Source: an uncultured Gammaproteobacteria bacterium (lineage in GTDB: Bacteria > Patescibacteriota > Microgenomatia > UBA10105 > UBA927). Taken from it: a DNA stretch of 64,000 nucleotides. The notes under the pieces are model-generated. The model was given only the letters and a program-made list of their open reading frames with translations. It ran no database searches and was not told the DNA's origin. This document shows positions 57,081 to 64,000 of this stretch, piece after piece (the stretch's first letter is position 1; every line of letters begins with the position of its first letter). Made by a program: the position numbers and the translations under genes. Where the stretch lies: assembly GCA_964445435.1 (NCBI GenBank), contig CAYUKU010000005.1, positions 6,627 to 70,626 on the forward strand, in the 5' to 3' direction.

Positions 57081-57695
57081 ATGGACAGGATGTATCTGTG
57101 GGTTATCAAGCATCGCAATCCGCTCGTTTCCGCGCTTGTCGTTATCAACTGCCTTCTTGCCGTTCTTTGGTATTTCGCGTTTCAGGCAATCGTCCTGGGA
57201 GTCGGCGATGCGTCGTGGTTTTTCCTAAACGGTAAGACATTCGGGCAGACTGCGCTCGTTTTGTACGTCCTCACAACCATTCCCGGGATAGCCAGGCGCT
57301 TCGGGAAATTCTATAAACCGGTATCGATTCTCATGATTTTCCGCCGGTATATCGGCATTATGACCTTCATGTTTGTTTTTATTCACGCGTCTATCGTACG
57401 CTTCTTCTGGGTTCTCAAGGGCAAGATGGGAATAATCCCGACGGAATTTTTCCAACTCTTTGGGTTTATCGCATTTGTTCTGCTTCTGTCTCTTTTCGTC
57501 ACGTCCAACGATTGGAGCGTGAAGAGGTTGGGGAAGTGGTGGGAATGGATTCATAACCTTACTTACATTGTCGTGTGGCTTATATTTCTCCATGTTGCTC
57601 TTCAGCGCCTGAGTATCTGGTCTGTCCTCGTTGGTGTTGCGTCGGCGGCTCAGGTTGCATCACATCTCTACGCCAGGAGAAAGGGCGTGAAATGA
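57081..57695 (+). CDS. ferric-reductase-like transmembrane protein (MsrQ/YedZ-like haem-binding subunit)
   Basis: GQTALVLYVLTTIPGIARRF and LGKWWEWIHNLTYIVVWLIFLH parallel E. coli MsrQ segments. Confidence 0.55.
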   Translation: MDRMYLWVIKHRNPLVSALVVINCLLAVLWYFAFQAIVLGVGDASWFFLNGKTFGQTALVLYVLTTIPGIARRFGKFYKPVSILMIFRRYIGIMTFMFVFIHASIVRFFWVLKGKMGIIPTEFFQLFGFIAFVLLLSLFVTSNDWSVKRLGKWWEWIHNLTYIVVWLIFLHVALQRLSIWSVLVGVASAAQVASHLYARRKGVK

Positions 57696-58540
57696 ATTGG
57701 CTCTCGTACTCGGTTATCGCACTGGTAACTTTCAGCGGATACGACCTTCTGAGCCGCAGACTCGGTGTCGAAAGCAAGAACCCGCGCGCATTCGGGGCAG
57801 TCTATTATTTCGTCGCGGCGTTCCTTTGTCCGCTTCTGCTTTTTGCAGAACCGCTCGTAACACCTTCACTTTCCGGAGTCACGCTTGTTTTGACAGCATT
57901 AGGACTTTTTGCGTGGATACTGTTTGGCCGAATCGAGTATATGACGCACAAATACGTCGAGGCATCGACGTTAACCATCCTTCTTCGGCTCGGGCCGATT
58001 ATCACATTCGCATTGTCAGCACTTTTTTTAGCGGAAGCGGTGACTGTGCCGAAGCTTATCGGCCTTCTTCTTACGGTTTTCGCGAGCATTCTCGTTATCG
58101 GCGTCCCCTCGGTTTCTTTGTTTAGGAAAAATAAGGACTTGCGGTATGGCGTACTTCTGGCGGGTATTTTGGGTGTCGCGTGGACATTCGACAAGGTGCT
58201 TTCTCCGATTTACGGTGTTGTTGTGTTTGGCTTCCTCACGTTTTTCGTGCCGGCACTCGCCAATACATTCGTGCCGCCGCTTCCTCTGGCTGCGATGCGC
58301 AGTGAACTGCAGCATGCCTCGTGGAAGTTAATTGTCTTGGGACTTCTCAATATCATCGGGTACGGCGCCATGACGAAAGCACTCATTATAGGAGACGCCA
58401 CAAACGTCATACCAATCGCAACCTCCACGCCGCCGCTGGTTGTCTTGGGAGGCGTCTTGTTTCTGGGCGAGCGAACAGACGTGGGGAAGAAAATACTTGC
58501 GGTACTTCTCGTTCTTGTTGCTATCTACCTGATGCGTTAA
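57692..58540 (+). CDS. EamA/DMT-family transporter
   Basis: 10-TM pattern with two EamA-like halves. Start overlaps the upstream stop (ATGA). Confidence 0.7.
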   Translation: MNWLSYSVIALVTFSGYDLLSRRLGVESKNPRAFGAVYYFVAAFLCPLLLFAEPLVTPSLSGVTLVLTALGLFAWILFGRIEYMTHKYVEASTLTILLRLGPIITFALSALFLAEAVTVPKLIGLLLTVFASILVIGVPSVSLFRKNKDLRYGVLLAGILGVAWTFDKVLSPIYGVVVFGFLTFFVPALANTFVPPLPLAAMRSELQHASWKLIVLGLLNIIGYGAMTKALIIGDATNVIPIATSTPPLVVLGGVLFLGERTDVGKKILAVLLVLVAIYLMR

Positions 58541-59213
58541 AGAGTCGTGAGGCTTCCATCACGTACCGCAGAAATACCGTAGCAGACAGCATTTCCAACC
58601 CTTCTTCTATGCCAACCATCAGAACGTAAATCGGGTGGCCGTAGGTTGCTCCACCAACGATTTCAAATACGAGTATGGCGCCGTACATGAGAAGCCCCGT
58701 CCAGAGAAGCTGTTGCCGTTGCCGATGTGTTTCCCGTCGGGCAATCGCCGCGAACGACATGAAGACGAAGATGATAAAGACAAGTAACGGAAATATCCAG
58801 GAGAAATAAACAAAAGATCCGAGGAATGATTGTGCGGAAACGAGCCCCTTGAGCGTGGTGCTTACATATTCGTGAATTTCGAAGTATTCGTCGAGTGACA
58901 GCATGAGGAAAAAGGAGGCCATCCCGGCGTATGAAAGAATGGTACCGATCCTTTTTTGGGCGCCGAGGGTAAGAAAACCGATGACTGCAGCCAGAAGATA
59001 TACACCGGAGGTGAACCACGCGGCCAGAGTGACTTTCTCATCCATGTAAAAGATGCTGGTATCCATGCCCAGGATTCGGTAGGGATGAAACAGGAAATGA
59101 AGAAGCGTAATGCCGAGGCTAACGGCGAAGAGTCCGCGGAATGCTCGGGTCGGAATATCCATCTGTAATGTAGTATACACTGATTGGAACACCTCCTGTA
59201 TAATGAAGTTCAT
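58521..59213 (-). CDS. integral membrane protein, function unknown
   Basis: 230 aa with 6 predicted TM helices. Its start codon abuts repeat A3. Confidence 0.5.
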   Translation of the reverse strand: MNFIIQEVFQSVYTTLQMDIPTRAFRGLFAVSLGITLLHFLFHPYRILGMDTSIFYMDEKVTLAAWFTSGVYLLAAVIGFLTLGAQKRIGTILSYAGMASFFLMLSLDEYFEIHEYVSTTLKGLVSAQSFLGSFVYFSWIFPLLVFIIFVFMSFAAIARRETHRQRQQLLWTGLLMYGAILVFEIVGGATYGHPIYVLMVGIEEGLEMLSATVFLRYVMEASRLFNASGR

Positions 59214-59357
59214 GCCGGGTTGTAGAATTTCGACACGGCTTTCTCTTGTTTGCCCGTATATCTACGTGACTCGCCATATGACAATCGGTATCTATAACGA
59301 AAGGAGTCTGGAATTTCGAAAGCCGTAAAGGCAAACGTCGAAATTTCACTACCCGGC
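59214..59357. repeat. Family A element, copy A3 (144 bp), flanked on both sides by divergent start codons
   Basis: cat|GCCGGGTTGTAGAATTTCGAC...GGAATTTCGAAAG...GTCGAAATTTCACTACCCGGC|atg. The terminal inverted repeats are perfect apart from 2 mismatches. A central TTTCGAAA palindrome is present. Confidence 0.85.
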
Positions 59358-60005
59358 ATGTTTCGTATAGAAAAGACAGACCTTCTCGTCTCCGTCTATA
59401 TCTTCTGCATTCTGGTCAGCGAACTTATGGGGGGCAAGACATTTCCTGTTTTGACGTGGCCCGTCAGGCTCAATGCATCGGTAGCTATTTTCGTTCTTCC
59501 CCTCGTCTATTCCATAAACGATATCGTAATTGAGGTTCTGGGAATTGAGCGTGCCAGAAGTATCGTCAGAAGCGGACTTATAACTGTTGCACTCGTATTG
59601 GGCTTTTCACTTCTTGCCACAAGTTTGCCGCCTTCGGGCAGATTTGCGGCAACCGAATCTGCGTACGATACCATTTTCGGATTGTCAGCGCGGATTGCAG
59701 CGGCCTCTCTCACTGCATTTTTGCTTGCTGAGTTTACCGATTTACTCGTGTTCCAGAAAATCCGTGCCCGACTGGGGAAGAAATCCCTCTGGCTCAGAAG
59801 TAACGCGTCCAATATCGTTTCACACTTCCTGGATACGGTTATCTTTATAACGCTTGCGTTTTACGGGGTCAACCGTCCGTTTGCCGATAACATTTCGTTT
59901 CTCTGGAGTCTCATTTTGCCGTACTGGCTTCTTAAGTGCAGCATGTCTGTTGTTACCACTCCGCTTGTGTATGCGGGAGTCAGGTGGCTGAAAGGAAAAC
60001 AATGA
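59358..60005 (+). CDS. VUT-family transporter (YhhQ-like queuosine-precursor transporter, DUF165)
   Basis: Aligns along its length with E. coli YhhQ, for example SHFLDTVIFITLAFYG compared with SDTLAFFFIAFW. Confidence 0.7.
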   Translation: MFRIEKTDLLVSVYIFCILVSELMGGKTFPVLTWPVRLNASVAIFVLPLVYSINDIVIEVLGIERARSIVRSGLITVALVLGFSLLATSLPPSGRFAATESAYDTIFGLSARIAAASLTAFLLAEFTDLLVFQKIRARLGKKSLWLRSNASNIVSHFLDTVIFITLAFYGVNRPFADNISFLWSLILPYWLLKCSMSVVTTPLVYAGVRWLKGKQ

Positions 60006-60532
60006 AGGTAATACTCGTCATGGTCTCCTCTATAAACGGGAAGATCACGAAGGGGGATAATCCCGACGTTTCTGCGTTCGCTTCCAAGGAAGACGCCGCG
60101 CTGTTTCTGAGCATCAAGGATCGTTTTCGCTGTTACATTTTGGGCTCGGCCACCTATGAAGCGTCACGGAAAAAGATTATTCTCCGGAAAGGCAAGCTTC
60201 GCATCGTCCTTACGAGGAACCCTGAGAAATACAAAGCCGAAACCGTTCCCGGTAGGCTCGAATTTACCAGTGAATCTCCCGAGACTCTTGTGAGGCGGCT
60301 TTCGCGGGATGGATACAAAAGTGCGCTTCTCTTGGGAGGATCACAAATAAACAGACATTTCCTCGCAGCCGGACTGGTCGATGAAGTGTATCTGACAATC
60401 GAGCCTGCGTTGTTTGGCAGGGGGAAGGATCTCGTGGCTGAGTCGGATGTGGATGTGCCCCTGAAGCTCATACGTTTTGAGAAACTCAACAAAATAGGGA
60501 CGCTTCACGTGCGGTATAAGGTGATCAAATGA
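60002..60532 (+). CDS. dihydrofolate-reductase-like (RibD C-terminal domain family) reductase
   Basis: MKVILVMVSSINGKI...LLGGSQINRHFLAAGLVDEVYLTIEP. Start overlaps the upstream stop (ATGA). Confidence 0.7.
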   Translation: MKVILVMVSSINGKITKGDNPDVSAFASKEDAALFLSIKDRFRCYILGSATYEASRKKIILRKGKLRIVLTRNPEKYKAETVPGRLEFTSESPETLVRRLSRDGYKSALLLGGSQINRHFLAAGLVDEVYLTIEPALFGRGKDLVAESDVDVPLKLIRFEKLNKIGTLHVRYKVIK

Positions 60533-61275
60533 ATATCACGCCGATACAAACGGAGATTATCCGTGCAGGCCAGACAGACCTGTTTTCTTTGTTGGACACG
60601 TATGTTTCCGTTTTTGCCGAACATTCGATCTTGGCAATTACTTCAAAAATCGTTTCGTTGTGTGAGGGCAGAGTTGTCCCCAAAAGCGCAGACAAGCTCG
60701 AACTTGTTAAGAAAGAAGCAGACCTGTTTCTTCCGCCTTCCGAAAACACGTACGGTATCGCCATGACGGTTGCTCACGATCTTCTTATTCCTGCCTCAGG
60801 CATCGATGAATCCAATGCCGACGGTGGATACGTCCTCTGGCCACGCGATGCCCAAAAAACGGCAAATGATGTGAGGGGCTACCTGATGCAGCGGTTTAGT
60901 GTTCAGGAAATCGGTGTTCTTATTACCGATAGCAAAACGGCGCCCCTGAGATGGGGGACCACGGGTGTGGCTCTGGCGCATAGCGGTTTTGTGGGGGTGA
61001 ATGATTTTATTGGTAAGCCTGACCTCTTCGGACGCCGCCTGGAGGTGACGAAAGTAAATGTCCGCGATGGATTGGCAGCAGGTGCCGTATTGGCGATGGG
61101 CGAATCTGTCGAGAAGACGCCCCTTACCGTTATTTCCGATGTTCCGTTTGTTGTATTTCAGGACCGCAATCCCACAAAGGAAGAACTAGCAGACCTTCAC
61201 ATCGATATGGATGCGGATGTGTATGGAGCTATTTTACGAAGGGCGCCCTGGCAGAAGGGCGGAAGGCGCAAGTGA
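60529..61275 (+). CDS. CofE-like (F420-0:gamma-glutamyl ligase family) protein
   Basis: 248 aa. ILAITSKIVSLCEGR and GIDESNA resemble the CofE/FolE-associated ligase fold. Confidence 0.55.
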   Translation: MNITPIQTEIIRAGQTDLFSLLDTYVSVFAEHSILAITSKIVSLCEGRVVPKSADKLELVKKEADLFLPPSENTYGIAMTVAHDLLIPASGIDESNADGGYVLWPRDAQKTANDVRGYLMQRFSVQEIGVLITDSKTAPLRWGTTGVALAHSGFVGVNDFIGKPDLFGRRLEVTKVNVRDGLAAGAVLAMGESVEKTPLTVISDVPFVVFQDRNPTKEELADLHIDMDADVYGAILRRAPWQKGGRRK

Positions 61276-61282
61276 GGCCGAG

Positions 61283-62293
61283 ATGAAACGGATTTTTATC
61301 ATCGTCACTATCTGTCTTGTTTTTTTCGGTACCTACTTCATGCGGTCAAACCTGGATGCCTCCCTGCCGCCGGTTTCTGTGCCCACGCCCACGCCGATGC
61401 CGTTTGTTGAGATGACGATACCGTATTTGGCAAATCGGACGTATGAAAGTGTGTTAGGAGAGCGGCAGTTTCTTTCCGAAAACGCATCGTACACATCGTA
61501 TCTGACGAGCTATACGTCAGACGGGCTGAAGATCAATGCATTATTAACGGTTCCCAAGGGAGACAAGCCGTTCCCTGCAATTGTTTTTGTCCACGGTTAC
61601 ATCGCACCGACCATATATCGCACGACCGAGCGGTACGGCGACTATGTGGACTATTTGGCCAGAAACGGCTTTGTGGTGATGAAAATAGATTTGCGTGGTC
61701 ACGGACAGTCCGAAGGGAATCCGGGGGGCGCATATTATTCCTCCGATTACATAATAGATACGCTGAACGCCCGGGCGGCGCTCGCATCCTTTGACGTCGT
61801 CAACCCCAAAGCAATCGGTTTATGGGGACACAGCATGGCGGGTAATGTGCTCATGCGAGCGTTTTCAGCCAAGCCTGACATTCCTGCTGTCGTAATCTGG
61901 GCAGGAGCCGGGTACACATACACGGATCTGGTAACCTACAGAATTTCTGAGATGAGTTACCGCCCGCCGTCCATAAGCTCAGAGCGGCAAAGGAGAAGGC
62001 AGGCATTGCGGGACGCATACGGTGAATTTGATCCTGATCATCCGTTCTGGAGTCAGGTCGCCGTCACCAAGTATCTTTCGAATTTACAGGGCGCTCTTCA
62101 AGTGCACCATGCCGTTGACGATGCGGTCGTGAATATCGAGTACAGTAGAAATCTCATGAAACTGCTTGACCAAACGTCCGTCGACCACGAACTGTTCGAA
62201 TATCCCGCAGGTGGCCATAATATCTCGGGTTCATCATTTTCTCTCGCCATGGCTCGTACGGTTGAATTTTTCCGGAAGCATCTTTCAGACTGA
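61283..62293 (+). CDS. secreted alpha/beta hydrolase (S9 / dienelactone-hydrolase-like)
   Basis: Signal anchor, then the GxSxG sequence LWGHSMAGN, then HHAVDD. Confidence 0.7.
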   Translation: MKRIFIIVTICLVFFGTYFMRSNLDASLPPVSVPTPTPMPFVEMTIPYLANRTYESVLGERQFLSENASYTSYLTSYTSDGLKINALLTVPKGDKPFPAIVFVHGYIAPTIYRTTERYGDYVDYLARNGFVVMKIDLRGHGQSEGNPGGAYYSSDYIIDTLNARAALASFDVVNPKAIGLWGHSMAGNVLMRAFSAKPDIPAVVIWAGAGYTYTDLVTYRISEMSYRPPSISSERQRRRQALRDAYGEFDPDHPFWSQVAVTKYLSNLQGALQVHHAVDDAVVNIEYSRNLMKLLDQTSVDHELFEYPAGGHNISGSSFSLAMARTVEFFRKHLSD

Positions 62294-63124
62294 TTTTTCT
62301 TTGAGGTTTTCTTCGAGGAAAAGAAGCGTTTTGGCCCAGGCGTCTTTCGTTTCTTGGGGGGCGTAATTAGTACCGGTCGGATTGGCAAACGCATGTCCGA
62401 CACCGGGATAAATCGTGATACTTTGGGTGATATTGAGTGTTTTAAGCGCGCTTTCAAATTCGCGTACGCGAGCGGGTGGGATGGAGGTGTCCGTCTCGCC
62501 GAAGATTCCCAGGACGGGCCAGGTGATTGACCGCAGTTTTGACGGGTCGGTTACCAAATTTCCATAGTATATGACAGTTGCATCCAGTCTCTCGCCGGAG
62601 ATGGCCAGTTGCAATGATTGTCCACCGCCGAAGCACCACCCCAGGGAAGCGATCTTTACCGCGTTTTTGTCTCTGAGAAATGCCGCGGCTGCCCGGAGGT
62701 TTGACAGCGCCTCATCCTGCTTGAGGGTAGCCGTCTGCGTGCGGGCTTCATCCGAATTCTTGGCGACCGACCCTTTGAAAAGATCGACTGCCAGCACTTG
62801 ATATCCCTCTTTGGCAAGCGTATCTGCCATGGATTTGATTTGATCATTGAGTCCCCACCACTCGTGAATCATGACGATTCCTGGATATCCGTGGATGGGG
62901 GCTTTTGGCTCGTCGGGGACGGCGTAATATCCCTTGATTCCCTGAAAATACGTTACCGTTTCTGATTTGATCTTCGTCTGCTTATCACTCGTAAGCGCTT
63001 GGGAGTTGGTGGGAGTTGGAGTCGTGGAGGCGGCAATGTGAGGGGATTTCTGCCAGAAGTACGCACCGTAGGCAATAGCGGCAGCCAGGACGACTATGAT
63101 GGGCAAAAACCACACCTGTTTCAT
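62285..63124 (-). CDS. dienelactone hydrolase family protein (secreted)
   Basis: YPGIVMIHEWWGL and the nucleophile motif GWCFGG. Confidence 0.8.
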   Translation of the reverse strand: MKQVWFLPIIVVLAAAIAYGAYFWQKSPHIAASTTPTPTNSQALTSDKQTKIKSETVTYFQGIKGYYAVPDEPKAPIHGYPGIVMIHEWWGLNDQIKSMADTLAKEGYQVLAVDLFKGSVAKNSDEARTQTATLKQDEALSNLRAAAAFLRDKNAVKIASLGWCFGGGQSLQLAISGERLDATVIYYGNLVTDPSKLRSITWPVLGIFGETDTSIPPARVREFESALKTLNITQSITIYPGVGHAFANPTGTNYAPQETKDAWAKTLLFLEENLKEKSV

Positions 63125-63381
63125 AGAAGTCCACTTGGTATTGTATCACACAGTTTAAGGTGTATGAATCTCTACTCGTTTCAGTTTCGTTTTATCGCCA
63201 GTGACGATTTCGACCTGGCGTTTTTTTGACGAGGAAGTGCTGTGCAATCGCTTCGATAGCTGCGGCGTAGGCTTTACTCTCCAGTGGAGGGTTGTCACAT
63301 AAACATGGAGCGTTCCCGTAAGTCCGGCTCCACACGCGGCTTCTTGCTGTTTGGGTAAACAATGATTGACAACCATGGATG

Positions 63382-63771
63382 TTACTTGGCGAGAATTTCC
63401 GGCAGGGGGGTTTCTTTGGGGATAAACCGGATGGAGAGCGAATTGACGCAGTGACGGGTGTCTTTCTCAGTCATGCGTTCACCCTCGAAGACATGTCCCA
63501 AATGTCCGTCGCACCTGCTGCAGCGGATTTCGGTTCGTCGCCCGTCAGGATCGGTAAGCCGCTTCACGGCATCGGGGAAATGCTCGTCAAATGCCGGCCA
63601 GCCGCATCCCGCATCGAATTTTGCTTTCGAGGAAAAAAGCGGACTATTACACCGGCGGCAAATGAATGTACCTTCTTTATAGAAATCGTCATATTCACCC
63701 GTAAACGGCGGCTCGGTGCCATGACTGACGATGACGGCTGATTCTTCGCTTGTTAACGGATTGTATGGCAT
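63382..63771 (-). CDS. msrB: peptide-methionine (R)-S-oxide reductase
   Basis: CxxC...CxxC Zn site and the RTEIRCSRCDGHLGHVF catalytic motif. Confidence 0.9.
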   Translation of the reverse strand: MPYNPLTSEESAVIVSHGTEPPFTGEYDDFYKEGTFICRRCNSPLFSSKAKFDAGCGWPAFDEHFPDAVKRLTDPDGRRTEIRCSRCDGHLGHVFEGERMTEKDTRHCVNSLSIRFIPKETPLPEILAK

Positions 63772-64000
63772 GTGCGGAAATTCTCTATACTATTATTCTA
63801 ACACCAAAGTCGCCGGTTCTGTGCGGATTGAAACCTCGCAGTACGATCATATATTCGAAATCGAGCGTACTGCGAGGTTGGTTGACACAATGCTTTTTAG
63901 ATATAGGGTATGGTATAGTCAGGCTATAAAAAACGAGCACATAGGCGATTGCAAACAAGTTATGAAAAGGCAGAAAAATAAGGAAGCAATTCAGTGTGGC

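Overview
This 64 kb window is a dense, mostly plus-strand run of housekeeping genes from a small-genome bacterium with standard stop codons, GC near 50% and short intergenic spacers. Translation and ribosome genes are present: rpsB-tsf-frr, rpsU, a possible rpsF, proS, cysS, dnaX, ybaB, recR, ybeY and dus. A large deoxynucleotide and nucleoside salvage block runs dcd, a ThyA-fold protein, an HD phosphohydrolase, dNK, tmk, tdk, a nucleoside phosphorylase, add, a CBS-less IMPDH and glyA. A SAM cycle cluster holds ahcY, cystathionine beta-synthase, a DUF62 SAM hydrolase and an aminotransferase. The remainder is glmS, prs, argF-like OTC, several peptidases, transporters, msrB and one tRNA-Cys. Six observations stand out: (1) Two families of 100-165 bp nested-palindromic intergenic repeats. 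Family A has 3 copies whose terminal inverted repeats directly abut start codons of divergent genes. Family B has 4 copies with compensatory changes in an inner stem. (2) A T-box leader with a Pro (CCG) specifier precedes csaA-proS, and a glmS-ribozyme-like leader precedes glmS. (3) Near-consensus sigma70 promoters with -35, 17 nt spacer, -10 and about 6 nt to the ATG recur, implying widespread leaderless or near-leaderless mRNAs. (4) A three-domain ThyA-like protein follows dcd, and then a nucleotidase-like gene is split by a single in-frame TGA. (5) A PIN-domain gene with a 53-aa upstream partner ORF sits with a DEDD exonuclease next to tRNA-Cys and a pair of perfect 47-bp direct repeats. 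(6) A CACGTG motif is shared by two promoters. All functional calls rest on motif recognition by eye; no database searches were run.
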